64,000 nt of DNA from contig JBHGNT010000010.1 in NCBI GenBank assembly GCA_043228905.1, positions 18,662,001 to 18,726,000 on the forward strand, written 5' to 3'. The DNA comes from Azolla caroliniana (taxonomy: Eukaryota > Plantae > Polypodiophyta). Every line of letters starts with the position of its first letter. The stretch's first letter is position 1. The position numbers and the translations under genes were made by a program. Positions 1 to 13,295 of this stretch are shown in pieces. The notes under the pieces are model-generated. The model did not search any database, was not told the DNA's origin, and saw nothing but the letters and a program-made list of their open reading frames with translations.

Positions 1-1012
1 GATCGTAATAAAGTGATACGCCAAGAAATATGGCAAATCTACACTCGATACAAATGGATCACCCCACGAGAGCCACTCCCATCTAAAATGGTGTACTATA
101 AGGAACACTTCTTGCACTTCTCTAAGTTAGGGTTTATTACACGACCAAGATACCTAGATACTTTCTTATCAAATGCATTAAGGGTGGCCATTGGACAACT
201 TAGGATATCATCTCACCAACTTGAGATTGAGAATGGTCGAGCTAATAGAGTCCCTAGAGAGGAAAGGCTATGTAGGTTATGCCACATAGAGATAGAGGAT
301 GAGTATCACTTCACATGCAAGTGCCCAACTTATGCCGAGATACGGGCGGAATACCAAGACATACTAGGACCCTCTCCCACCCTCTCCAAACTATTAGATA
401 CCCCGAGTGTAAAGAGACTAGGTAGGTATATCTTAGAGCTAAAACAACATAGGGAGGATAAATTACAAAGTGTTAATCATAACCCTTTTACTACTCATCA
501 ACATGTACCTAGTGTAATTTTTCAGGAACATGGGGAGACGATGAATGTGGATACACTTATGCCGCTCGGCCTCTCCCTTGAGGAAGCAGAAATACAAAGA
601 GCAACCAAACGTCCTCGGATGTTGGGCTTCAACACAAGTCAACGTGGAGTAGAAAAGATTAAGAAGATAAGGGAACGTGAGCTACGTCGACTCGAAGCTA
701 TGGTTGGGGTACCTCTTACATGGGGACCACGGGCCACATCCACATGGCAACCCTTTGACCCCCCGCTTCTCTTCGAGAGACTTGGATGGAAATGAAATTA
801 GGCCTAGTATAGAATCATTCTCATTGTAGAACATGTTTTTTATATAGAACATGTTTGTTGTTTTCTTAGAACTATTTAGCTTAAACTCTATTTTATCTTA
901 TTTTTATTTTTACTTTCGATGAATGGGTAAATATCCCATTTTTGTTGTACACCATTTGTCTCATGGGCCAATTTTGGCCTTAGAAGACGTTAATATATCT
1001 TTCTTTCTTCTT

Positions 1013-1097
<85 letters not shown>
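1..1097 (+). mobile_element. 3' end of a non-LTR retrotransposon (RTE/RTEX-like LINE ORF2 C-terminus, 3'UTR and (CT)n tail); continues left of the window
   Basis: ORF 13..795 contains LRISSHQLEIENGR...PREERLCRLCHIEIEDEYHFTCKCPTY, the CCHC zinc-knuckle region typical of LINE ORF2 C-termini. An AT-rich UTR and a ~90-bp (CT)n tract (~1000-1097) follow. Confidence 0.8.
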
Positions 1098-1100
<3 letters not shown>

Positions 1101-1179
1101 AAAAGCACACCATTATATTAATTGTATGTAAAATCCACTTAGTTACAACACTTCTTAGTCTCCTCTACCTATCATATGT

Positions 1180-1596
1180 CTATGTAGGGAGAGGTACGTC
1201 ATGTAATGCTATTAAAAAACTTGAATATGCATTTGAGGAAATGATCCCCACATGCTCTAACATCCAAATATTCCACATGAGAATACCTTTCAGCTTCTTT
1301 ATATAGGCTTTCGCCCCATGTCTATTATCAAACATGAAAGCATTACGCATATTCCAATTGTGTTGTAGACCCCAATAACGTAAAAATTGGAACAATATCT
1401 CTATCTCATCATTTGAACCATTTTGAACATATTGAGAAAAAATCCATTGTTGAGGTCTCAAACAACAACGGGTTAAAACTTGCCAAATGTCCAATAAGTA
1501 CTTCCAATGGTACACATTATAGGACATTTAATGAACCTATGTGTAGTATATCCTCCAATGGACCGGTGCAAAAGAAACAAGTGCAAGATCCTAGTC

Positions 1597-1600
<4 letters not shown>
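1180..1600 (-). mobile_element. Degenerate L1/Tx1-like LINE ORF2 C-terminal fragment
   Basis: Encodes FLRYWGLQHNWNMRNAFMFD...KLKGILMW, a WxxWxxRNxxxF-type motif, preceded by a frameshifted CFFC zf-RVT remnant. It abuts (CT)n at 1598. Confidence 0.65.
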
Positions 1601-1637
<37 letters not shown>

Positions 1638-1739
1638 AAATCAATGTTTTGTTATTAAAACAAGATGATAATACAACCCTTGCTATCTTCACTACATCAT
1701 GAGTAGTGATAATGCATGGGAAACCCTCTCAAGTGTTGC

Positions 1740-2060
1740 AAAACTAGATGGCATACCTCTATCTCCTCTCAGGACAATGTCCTCAAACAACATAGTTGCG
1801 AAAATTGCCACATCAATTTCCCGTTCATCCTACGAAGTTGTTGTGTTACCCCATGAAGTCCATCAAACAAGAACCCATTTCTCATGGTCCAATTAAACCA
1901 TATCCCCCAATACCGAAGGTAGTCAAACACGAGCTTATATGATGGTGCAGGCCTGCCTTTATCGTCATCAATAAAAACCCAGTTAAAAGGTGACAAAATA
2001 TTGCTTGTTATCAATGCCCAATTTTGTGATATAATCACCCAAATGGCTTTAGCAACCGAA
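1740..2060 (-). mobile_element. Second degenerate copy of the same LINE C-terminal fragment
   Basis: YLRYWGIWFNWTMRNGFLFDGLHG...KLMWQ aligns by eye with the 1180-1600 copy. Confidence 0.65.
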
Positions 2061-2179
2061 CATGCAATGAACCAAGGTTGGTTGAAGATAGAGCTTGGTT
2101 AGCAACCAAGGTTGCAAACACATGGTATATTACTCGGCATGCAAAGTGGTGGACTAGAGTTTTGAATGCAGGATGACAA

Positions 2180-2322
2180 TCTCATCTTCCGTTTCGTGCT
2201 AAGGTGTTTCTTTGGCATGCGATTGTTGGTGGGTTGCCTTTGGCGATGGCTTTAAAACGGCGAAATATTTCAAATGGGACATGTTTTTTTTGCACGGTGG
2301 TTGAGGAAGATGCCAAACATAG

Positions 2323-2325
<3 letters not shown>
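2180..2325 (+). mobile_element. LINE zf-RVT fragment
   Basis: LPFRAKVFLWHAIVGGLPLAMALKRRNISNGTCFFCTVVEEDAKH matches the zf-RVT pattern. It is cut off by (CT)n at ~2324-2374. Confidence 0.7.
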
Positions 2326-2377
<52 letters not shown>

Positions 2378-3000
2378 CCTTATCTTCCCTATATAAACCC
2401 CTCAAATTCTACATGGTCATGTGCATTGATGAGCTCCTTAGGAGCGAAACTAGTTTGCCACATCCACCATTTCTTTGTATTACCTTTTCAAGTTTCTTAA
2501 TATGAATTAGTTTTTAGTGTCTCTCTCTCTCTCTAAACTTTGTATATATGTCTCTCTCTCATTTGTATTCTTTAGCTAACACTCTCCCTCTCACATACAC
2601 CCATTGATTGTATACCACTCACACTCCTTGCATCGACGTCACAGTCTAAAACCCGAAAACTAAATCCTAAGCCCAAAACCCAAACCCTAATTCCGAATTC
2701 CTTTCTCTAATCTCTCACTGTCCCCCTCCGTCTTACATATTCACACCCATTGATTGGACGGCCGTCTTACATATTCACACCAATTGATTGCTTACCGTCC
2801 GCACTCCTTGTTTCGACCTCATGGTCTAATAAAGTAGTGCTTTTTACACACATTATTGTGTGTTTTCACCAAAGAGAGAGAGAGAGAGAGAGAGAGAACC
2901 TTGATCAAATTTCTCAAAATTAAGGTACATTTACAACTAGAATCTTAATGAATGTTTTCACATTACAAGCGAAAATGCCAGATGGATAATTCATCTCATC

Positions 3001-6000
3001 TCACCAAACAGCCCGTTCACCAGCTCCCTCGAGAAACAAATCTGTATGCCATCCCTTCTCCTTCAATCCAGATAAAAGAATTGAAATCTTACCCTCCATT
3101 TGCACGTAAGCATCCACACAAGCTTGTGTTTTTTCAATATTAGATGCCTTTACACTTGGTTCCATTGAATCTTGAGTTAACTTTGCTGCATATGCACTTA
3201 AAAGCCATCCCCTGACCACATCCTCTCCCGAAGCATCTTGTCGTAAAACCATATCTGTTTGCTTGTCTTTAAAACTCAACAAAAACTTCTCTTTTGCAAA
3301 AAGTTCTTTCAATTGGTTTAAATCAGATGGCTTCTTAATTGCTCGTTTCAGTGGGACACCCGCCACTACACTTCCAGCATCATGGTTAAGACCAACAGGC
3401 AATAAAATGCGTTCCTTATACCGAATTTCAGCCGGAGATGCAATGTAACCCGTCTGCATTTATTGATCGATGCAAAGACATTGAAACCCATTGGAAAAAA
3501 AACATCAAAAATGTCTCAGTCAAATTTGTTATGCTTTGAACGAGGAAAAGCATCATTAGGGACGTTTACAAAGCTAAAAATATAACAAAATGGGAAGTTT
3601 TGTTACTTTTTTGTAAATGGAAGATTCATCATTAGGTTTAAATCAGCAGTTATTCATCTTCAATCTACAAGATTAGAATTCAACTTTTCGAAAACCCTAA
3701 CCCTTAAACTAAGCATAGGTAGGAATAACTTTTTGAAGATTGAAATCCTACTGTTCTGGAATTTGAATGATTAATTGCTAATTGAAATCAAATGATGACT
3801 TGGTGATTAAGGAAAATTAACTTGCCCTGCCATTTTGGGAAATATTGAAAATATGGTAATCTAGACTGACATTTTGATCATTTTCCCTCCTTAAAACCCA
3901 TAGAAAAGTAGTATACACATACTCCATCATGGTTTCTAACCAAATCATTATGTAACAATTTTGTGGCATTTTGGGAATTCTGTAATCTACAGTGGCATTT
4001 CAATCAATCTAAAAACCTTAGAAAAGAAAGATACTTGTTCTTCAAACCATACCTTAACAAATTCTGCCACTAAGCTTGAGGTCCTCTGTGCATTCAGTGT
4101 GTTTACTGGACAAGCTCGCATTTCCTGAGCTATACTGAACAAGTGTACTGCTGAGAGCAAGGGTGAGACAATAAGCTGCATGCAAAGTTTAAATGTGAGA
4201 ACTAAGATGTTGCAAATTTAAGATACCTAGTCAAATATAACATGATTTCCAGAAATTTAAGAAAAAATAAACCTAACGTATCACAGAAACCTCCAACCAT
4301 AGCCTTTGTATAATCTAAACTTGCAAAACACCCCTCTACAACTCTTCCCTCCACACTTCGCCTCTCTAGAAATTGAGCATAAACCATAGAGAAAGATGCT
4401 CCAGAGACAGAGTGGAGAGTGTTGAGAATATGAGGGGTAGTTTTGGGATAAATAAATACATTTAATATAAACCTCGGGAAAAAAGAGGAGGTATATTGAT
4501 AAATTTTCCAATGGTGATAAATGTATCTACCTTCCCTGGCATGGATGAGCACACAGTTGAAGCTAGTTGAATACCAACACCCAGACCCAAGACATTAAAT
4601 AAGGTGGATATCGCCTCGCCTTTTGCGTATAAGTCACTTAAATTGCCTTCCTTGGCAAAGGCAGAATAAATAGGTAGCCTTGTTGCTCTTGCAGCAACTG
4701 TGGCCATCCCTGTAACCATAGCAAACACAAACGTGATTAATTAAGAAGATAAGAGATTTGCATATAGAGAAAGTAAAGACCAGAAGAAGCATTTTCGTTA
4801 AACATCTAATTGAATGTGCGATTTCATTTGTGTATTGAGAGGGCCATTCAGCCCCGATGTGAAGTGATTCTCTCAATAGAGAGACTTTCAATCTTAACTT
4901 ATCATGCAAGTATAAAGAAAATTCGGGAGAGTTTAAAGTAACTCAACGAGATATTTTATATTTTCGATATAATAACATATATATAGTGCAGCCCATCTAA
5001 ATAGTTTGATGCAGAAAATATATATCTGATTTATGCAGAGGATTTGTTTGCTGTATCCAGAACTCAACTCTTAATTAAGTTGACCAGTAATATCACCTTT
5101 GTGACATTAAACTGTCGTATACAGAACCATTTCCTACCATGAAAAAAATCTAATTAAGAATTACTTTATTGTATCACTATGATTTTGCAAATAAATGTTC
5201 TATACAAAACCTTCATTATGAATCTATGAAACCATAAGGGGATTCTATACACACACATACAACCATATGTGTTCCATTACCCCTACCATAAAACATTATT
5301 ATTCTATTTACCAGTCACAAGGTATGTTAATTCCCACTGAAACATGGATATAGATGAATACCTTATAATTATATCGCTTTAAATAATCAACAACCATCTC
5401 ATATGTAATTATAATCTATAAATTCCACATATCCATTCACCCAAACTACACGAAGCCAAGTTTTATTAGTAGCACCAGAATGAGATTTACCTTTTGCAAG
5501 GTTGGCGGTGCCAGCAACTTCAAGAAACAAGTGCGGACAGAATGGTGAAATAATTTCTAATCCAGTACCCACATCATACAATATGTCAGCTGTCACGAGA
5601 TGAATTGCATTTAGCAAGTGACATTTTCGTATCAAAGTTATTGTCGTATACTTGCACATACTACAGACTAGACAAAGTTAAGTGCAAAGTACAGTTGAAA
5701 ATACACAATTCAACATGAAGTTCAATGAAAACTCTGCATACCAACCAATTAGCCTCCAACGCTTCGGTTCAGCATCCATGCGAGCACCCCATGTACTACA
5801 TACCAGTTTTCCTACATGTTGCATCCCGTCCTTTAATACCTGTATAAGAAAATGAATACCTCAGATTCACCCTGATCTTAATAACAAGAAATCTACTCAA
5901 AATAAAGTGTTTGGGTTTTATATGGTCAAATCAAAACACAATCCATCTGTAAAGAACGACTTACCCAGCTAACAACTGTAGCCTGAGCAGGAGTCGGCCT

Positions 6001-6609
6001 CAAACCAGCTGCATATAGCAAGGACTACAATAGAAAATACAAAGAGATTATGTTTGCTTCTAACATGCAGGTGTTGCATATCTGTGCATAAGCATACAAT
6101 TACACATTCACAAAAACACATGCATTCACTTTCACATAAATAGACATGAACGCACACATTACCTTTCACTTTAAAATACAAAATACACATTTTTTTTACA
6201 TTCATAAATACATAAGCAAGAATGAATCCAATTTTACCTGCGTAGACAAGACTGACAGCATTGCACTGGAGAAGTGTTGAAGAGCACGAAACTGAGAATA
6301 TGCCACATATCCCTCTGAGACGCTGTTTAGAGGGAGCGAAAGAAAGCAAAGGAATATACTTATTGAACCAAAGAAAAGGCAAACAAACAGATCAAAAGAT
6401 TCGACGGTAATATGAACAGAAGGAAAGAAGAAAGGGAACTAACCTGTTAGGATAACCAACAGGGAAGAAACGCTGAAGAAATGATTCAGCCATGCGGCTG
6501 GGGAGGGGGCGATGGTCAATCAGGGTCTTGGCCTGCACAGGGGGAAACGAAAGAAGGAACAAGAAAAGAAGCCATAAGACAACGATGGAAAGCTTCACGA
6601 TATGATTCA

Positions 6610-6655
<46 letters not shown>

Positions 6656-6771
6656 CATACGCGAAGGATGTCGAGGGATGAGCCTTGGAAGGAGAATTCT
6701 GTCTTGACAGACTCGTTCTGCTCGATCCATCGGGAGCACAGGCGAGCTGGACATGGCTGCTGCGACGCCAT
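3001..6771 (-). CDS. RUS2: ROOT UVB SENSITIVE 2-like protein (DUF647/RUS family), 9 exons
   Basis: Exons 6771-6661, 6532-6444, 6322-6238, 6024-5965, 5839-5746, 5589-5491, 4709-4531, 4175-4053 and 3453-3001 are all GT-AG and phase-compatible. Peptides FFPVGYPNSVSEGY, FRALQHFSSA, AAGLRPTPAQATVVSWVLKDGMQHVGKL, RMDAEPKRWR and ARATRLPIYSAFAKEGNLSDLYAKGEAISTLFNV match RUS2/WXR1. Confidence 0.93.
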
Positions 6772-6799
6772 TGTCTGTGTGTCTGCAGGCAAAACCAAC

Positions 6800-7280
6800 A
6801 CACAGACAGACAGACAGACAGACAGCTACTCTGTATGTATGTATGTATGTATGTATGTATGTATGTATGTATGTATGGTATGTATGTATGTATGTATGTA
6901 TGTATGTATGTATGTATGTATGTATGTATGTATGTATGTATAAGGACTCTGCAGGTTTTCTGGGCTTTCTTTCTTTCCTTCCCTTTTCTGTGAAGTCTCT
7001 CTCTCTCTCTGTTTGCATTTTCTGTGTGGTCTCACATACACATACATACATACATACATACATATTTCTGAAATGGATGATTGAATTGGATTGGATTGGA
7101 TTGAATAGAATAGAATTGAGTTGAGTTGAGTTGAGTTCAATTGAATTGAAATGAGTTCACATGAATTGAGTTGAATAAAGTTGAATTAAATTGCAGCCCG
7201 CCCGCCTTGGATTGGATTGGATTGGATTGGATTGAGTTGAGTTGAATAAAGTTGAATTAAATTGCCGCCCGCCCGCCGAA
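6800..7280. repeat. Compound microsatellite block in the RUS2 5' region: (GACA)n, (TATG)n, (ATTGG/AATAG/GTTGA)n
   Basis: Visible directly: (TATG)n at ~6833-6941 and pentamer runs at 7080-7260. Confidence 0.95.
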
Positions 7281-8289
7281 TTGTCGCATCCGGGAAGGAA
7301 CCATATGTTTACATCACGTGTCGGCGCAACAATGTTTGACATGTGTATGTCTTGCACTTCTCCTCTCCCCATTTGCATATGATTGGAACCACCAAAAATC
7401 TGCTCTACTCCACGATTGTACGCATGCACGCGAGCTATGTGTAATCTGAATCGCCTCGAACAATATTTGTTTCGGCATGAGATTAATACTTTTTCTTTCC
7501 TTAATTCTCTTCTTATTCTTGTTCGAAGGGGGGGAGAGGGTTGTCATGTCAGCACACAAGGAACAACACTACCTACTACGTTCACTCACTCACTCCAAGC
7601 GAAGAAATGTGAACATGTTTAGGACATCTACTTGAATGAAGCTCGGATACGATGAACATGCACACACAGATTGTGCTCTCAATTTAGTCGATTGTTTCAT
7701 TTAGGGATCAAACAAGTGGGAGATATAGTTGAGGTCCAATCTCAAATAATTTTGGAGTTTGTTGAAGTGCGACAATTATTATGCATCCCGCCCGCAACAA
7801 CTACAAAATATTGTGCCGATACAAGGTCCTTTACATTTACAAACAAATCAGCAATCATGGGTCGATTGGTGTTTACGGGGTCAAAGATCCTCTTTACAAG
7901 TGACTGTTATTTTATTGCATCATTGTTTTGTCGAGTCTCTTTGAGTGTTATTGTCTAAGGCTTAACAATAATGGAAAGTACATAACTCTGATAATGGATG
8001 GTGGCAAATCTTAAATCGTAGTTAGCATTCTAAAATGCCACGTTTAGTGAAGATTTTCATTTAGAGAGTTTCGATCGGGGGGTTGCATTTGGGTTTAGCT
8101 CTAAAGTGACGCAATCTAACCACGGGCAAATGCTTCTTTTACATTCTTCAAATGGAAGATAGTAATCATCATTTCATACACTATTTGATTGCTTGCTAGA
8201 TTTTGAGTTGCATTTCTCAATTTAGGCCAGTTTTGTCACGTTGTTATTTGACGCCAATACATAAATCACACAAGTTGACCCAAAATCAA

Positions 8290-8470
8290 GGATGGACATT
8301 GTTTTCCTATTTATGAGGTATTAGATATCGTAGCATAATTGGGATACGTGCAGTGCTTTTGAATTTGATGGTAGGGATAGAGTAAAAGCAATTCTACAAA
8401 AGTTGAAGGCAATTCTAATGTGGCAATTGTCTTTATTAAAGCAACTTGCAAGTAGAAAATCTTTCCTTGG
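8290..8470 (+). mobile_element. Degenerate LINE C-terminal fragment (same family as 1180-1600)
   Basis: Translates, with stops, to ..MRY*IS*HNWDTCSAFEFDGRDRVKAILQKLKAILMWQL, collinear with the other copies. Confidence 0.55.
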
Positions 8471-8984
8471 TGGAGTGTTCGTCTTGCCTATTAGCAATTC
8501 AACATGTTCCACTATTTCATGGTGGGTGACCATATTTCATGGTGACACTCATTTTGTTTTTCATGCACATTTATTAATATGTTTGTGTGTTTTCACCGAG
8601 AGAGAGATAGATAGATAGATAGATTATATTATCATCTTCGAAGGTCAAATATGACCTATGAGACCAAAAATATTACATTTCACGTGATACATGTGAAGGT
8701 GAGTAGCGACTCTCGATGTTCAAGAACTTTACCAATGAAAGTTGCAATCGAGAGTGCACATCATGGTTGTGAGAGAAATTCGTGCAAGGATTGGGCTCGA
8801 TCGAAGAGATGTGGAAAGCATGGTCGAATATGATCAAAGGCAGAGCATTGTATCAAAGTGTGATACTCAGACTCTCAAACTTGTTTAGGGCAAAGTGTGC
8901 ATAGTCGGCCACTCTCATCACTTGTGCCCCAACGCCCCGTCTCACATTTCAATGCGTGCGAGCTAGAGAGAGAGAGAGCCCAGA

Positions 8985-9056
8985 TAGATTTAGCTCAGTT
9001 GCTAAGGTTGCCCAATAGAGACCAGTGGTCGTGGGTTCAACCCCCACTTTTCACAG
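8985..9056 (+). pseudogene. tRNA-like / SINE head remnant
   Basis: A-box-like TAGCTCAGTTG and B-box-like GGTTCAACCCC occur at tRNA spacing. There is no intact cloverleaf. Confidence 0.5.
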
Positions 9057-9099
9057 TGGCATTTAGTGAATTAAGAGATATATAAGAAGTACATAATAA

Positions 9100-9172
9100 A
9101 GAGGTGAGGAAGTTGGGTTTCAAACCCAGAGCGCGGTGCTTGTAGTGCTAACAACTTACCACTAGGGTAAAG
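9100..9172 (-). pseudogene. Second tRNA-like / SINE head remnant, convergent with the first
   Basis: The minus strand reads ...CCCTAGTGGTAAG...CTGGGTTTGAAACCCAAC..., i.e. degenerate A and B boxes. Confidence 0.4.
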
Positions 9173-11388
9173 TAATTACGAAAAAAAGAAGAGAATGAGT
9201 GATTATGGCTTCAACCCACTCATTGTTTGGAATAGATCAACATCGTTCAAGCCACACCTCAGTTTGTCATGTAGCCCAACCTCGGCCACATGAATCCTCC
9301 AACATTGTTGCTACACTCGTTCCATTTGGGTTCCACTCTATATCCATGAATTTACAATGACTTTAACACATATGGTTCAACTTTTTGAGACTCTTTATGT
9401 AAGTCCTATGAATCAAAGGTATTCGTATTTTAAAGCCCCAACACTTATGTGCCTTTTGGGAATGTACTCATCATGGTCATGGAAACACATAATAAGTCAC
9501 CAATTCAATTGTTCATACAAAATATACAATACAAAGTATTCAAGATAGTCAAGTGGTGATGGCTACTACTAGGAGATCAAAGTAATCGTGATGCGTAAAT
9601 AAACAAATAAATATGTATATACACACACACATATGAATAATATATAGTTGGATAAGGTAAGGTGTCATATCAATTGGCACCATCTCAAGGTCAATAAATA
9701 ACATTATGCATCAATGACGTTACCGACAAGATAAGGCTTCAAAGCAATGATGAAGCTACCAACAAGTGAGGTCCATGATGCCATGATGAAGTTGCTAATG
9801 AAAGTTTGCATTGTATTTTTTCACTACAGGAAACAACGACCATCGACAAGTATATTTAGAATTTGTAATGCATTAAATACAATTAGTGGCACCAATTGGA
9901 CCCATGACTCTCTATTGATTATCTTGGGTATTGTTGATTATGGATTGATAACCTCGATTGTTGTGTATCGTGCTATAGTGTTATGTTTGTGTACGCCACA
10001 TGGTGTGTGTGTGTGCGCGCGTGCTTATGTATATGTATATATATATATAAATTATAATATGTATGAATGCATAGAAATGTCAAATAGCTTCGTAAATATT
10101 CTAATTGCCAAACCATATGCATGGATTTCAATGCCTTAAAAAATATAGCAATATGTATTGGGGACCATCATGACATTTTAAGGATATGGTTGTTTGTGTA
10201 TGGCATTGAAAAGTACTACCTATGAAAACATTGGCGTGTAGATCTTGACTTGTTATGTAAGTCAATGTCAACTCTTGGGGCATGGCTAAGGTCCCTAATA
10301 AATTGTTTATGTTCCTCAGTGCTCACCTCTAGTCAATGTTGCCTTTATGGGGGAAACATGAATATGTACATATATGTAATGGTGGTTTGTAGAAAGGCAC
10401 ATGATATGCAACCATAGATTGGTTAGACATACATGTACATTGCAAAGCCTTTTAACCCTAACATGGTGGCCACTGGCAACAATTCCATAAGACTATTGGT
10501 AGCTATTTACTTTTTTCTATGTTCTTGAGGGATGAAAATTAAATAAGGTTTTAGAACATGGATGGCGAGAGAAGCAATACCTAGCCATTACCTTATCTTA
10601 CTTGGAGATCATGTTTGATGGTTGGAAGCAATGAAGTGAAGCGCTAAAATTGCACTACAAAAAAACTTTGTAAAGTTTTTAAAAGCACAATGAATCATGC
10701 AAATGCCGCTTACATTAAGTGAAGTGTTCCAATTGTGTTGCATTGATGTCATCATGAAGGGTGGTGGAGACAATGAAGTATGGCATAGAAATCATATTTT
10801 ACACTAAGACTCGTAAAGTTGATGAGATCATTTTGAAGTTTTATGTTTTCAAGGACAACAATGGGAAAGTGTTGCTACTCAACTTTTATTCTCTTAACAT
10901 TTCCTCTCTTCCTTGTTATTAAAGTTTCAATAAATACAAAGTCTAAAAAGGTTATGGTTAGATGTCATTTTCCATATATATAAGTTATAACATGAGCACC
11001 GAGAGTTTGTTGTGGATGTTTGTATGAAACATACAAAAGTTTGTCATGCATATGTATATGTTGGTTTTGTATGTTTGCGTGTGGATGTACTCTGTGAAGC
11101 ATGTTGTTCATATTGGAAAAAATGAGTTCAGATCATTGCTATAAGTACCTAAAAAGTTTTTTATTTCCTACCGACATTGAATTATGTTACTATTCAAATG
11201 TCAACCTAAGTTAACGTTGCCTCTACATATGCATTCAAAAGCAAATAAAAAGAAGTTGATGCAATGTGGTAAGTTGTGAGACATCATGGTGGGGTTTTGC
11301 TCATATTGGTTGGTTTAGGAAGAAATTAAACAAAGTTCTTTCAGTCATTGTCCCTTGCATTTTTGCTCTTGTTTTCTTAGATGGCTAC

Positions 11389-11620
11389 ATCATCTTCGTT
11401 TTCTTTTATCATCGGTGTTTGGGCTTATTCACATAATGCCACCCATGATCTAGATAGTGTTAAATTAAGGTAGTTTTAGATTGGTGGCTTAGAATTATCA
11501 TAAAATCATCTTCGTTTTCTTTTATCATCGGTGTTTGGGCTTATTCACATAATGCCACCCATGATCTAGATAGTGTTAAATTAAGGTAGTTTTAGATTGG
11601 TGGCTTAGAATTATCATAAA
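11389..11620. repeat. Near-perfect tandem duplication of 116 bp
   Basis: ATCATCTTCGTTTTC...GAATTATCATAAA starts at 11389 and again at 11505. Confidence 0.95.
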
Positions 11621-12554
11621 TTTGTCATTAAATCACGTGTTCTTAATCCTTAGTGCTCCGCTATAACTTCCAATTGATCTAAATAAACAACATGAATTAG
11701 GATGATCAATGACTCATTAGAGTCAACAACAAACCCTCTCACTATTTCTTAACCTTGCAAGCCATCATTCGTTGTTTTTCAATGTAAATCTTTGTGCCTA
11801 TACTTACTTGACTTCAATTCCTATGTTTATGAACAACCTTAGTTTGCAAAAGCAAAATGAACACGGGGAATGAACAAATTGGTGATAATGGGCTTGTGAA
11901 GCATCCTCATCATGGCATATATTCTTGCTCATCCTCACTAGTTTCTACGGTACTCTGGTCAAACGTCCCAAACATAATGGATGAATAAGCAAAATGAACC
12001 AAATCATCGGGCACATTAGCAATAATGGGCTCGTGGAGCAAAATTGTCGCGACGTATGTTTCTTGTTCATGCTCACCGATCTCTATAGTAGTTCAATCAT
12101 GCATCTCATGTTCGATCCCAAACGTTATGTTGCATGTGTGTGCTCATGCACGAAGAAGACCGAGGGCTATAAGCATCATCACGGAGGTGTCATTAACGCT
12201 AAGGCTACCAGTTCCACGCCATTTTAGCTTTTCCTCGCAACTAATTAACTTCATCGGTTAGTAGCAGCTATAGCTATATATAGCTGGTGCAGGGCAACCA
12301 AGCAAGAGTGTTTTCTCGGGCGCGTTTTTCTTTTTCGTTTCTTTCTGAACCCCCTCCCCCCCAATACACACACAGACACAAGACACAGACATAGACACAG
12401 ACACAGACACAGGGAAGGGAAGGTCTAACAGGCAGGCAAATGCATTGGTTGGCCTTCGGGGTTCTCCCTAGGGGTGTCCAAGGGGACACGAGGCGGACGG
12501 AACGAAGACCAAACACTCTCGCCTTAGGATCTCGACAATAAGGGGGTTGGGAAA

Positions 12555-12745
12555 TGGACGGCCAGATTGAGCACCCCTAGTTGACCACCAAATGCATCTG
12601 GGCCGTCCGATGCAATCTTAGATCTGTTGGCTCCCCTCTCCTCTCCCCCCCCCCCCCAACCACTATATAAAGCTCATCCCTCTCCCTCCCCAATCCTGTT
12701 CTGCAGGACAGTCTTCTCCTCCCTCCCTCCCTCCCTCCAGGTGAG
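12555..12745 (+). promoter_or_regulatory. SAMS core promoter and non-coding first exon
   Basis: An inverted pair GGACGGCCAGAT/ATCTGGGCCGTCC (~12556-12608) precedes a TATA box CTATATAAAG (~12663-12672), a pyrimidine-rich leader and a strong donor CAG|GTGAGT at 12740/12741. Confidence 0.75.
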
Positions 12746-13295
12746 TCTCTCTTCCAAGGTTTAGGGTTGCATCTGTGAACTCATCTGTTGTTTTTTACAC
12801 CTCAATTTTAATGTTTCAGCCATGTGTACTCGATCTGACTGCTTAATGCATCATGGTCGCTGCTCACATCGTGATCTGTCTTCTTCTTCTTTTGTTTCAA
12901 TCGCATTGTGAAACCCTGAGCTACCTCACAATGTCCACAGGAACCAGTTTAGTACCTCACAATGTCCAAAACTGGAACCCTAGATTATTTCACAACCGCT
13001 CCAACTATGTCACACTTCTCCAAAAGCAAATCCGAAGCTTCTCTATTTAACATATTTCTCTATACATCAGATCTGGGTTTCCGCACTTTCAATTAGAATA
13101 CTTGCTTAAAGTTCACTAAATATGTTTATATGTATAAGACTTTCAATTAGAATAACTAGCTTATTTATAATACAAATGCTTGGTTAAAGTTTAGGGTTTT
13201 TAGTCATCTCGAAACTTAAGATTAACTCGTAATTATATTTGTGTTCTGGCTTTATGCTAGTTTTTTCTCACAACTGCATGCATTTACATGAAACT

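Noticed and set aside
2646-2692. Telomere-like repeats
   Set aside because: Only a few degenerate AAACCCT-like units, a common interstitial motif.
6392-7140. Several overlapping ORFs (MYVC/HTYI/ERER repeats)
   Set aside because: These are translations of microsatellites. Only the RUS2 exon portions are real.
10430-10900. LINE reverse transcriptase remnant
   Set aside because: Only a faint WxPL..DY resemblance; too degenerate to call.
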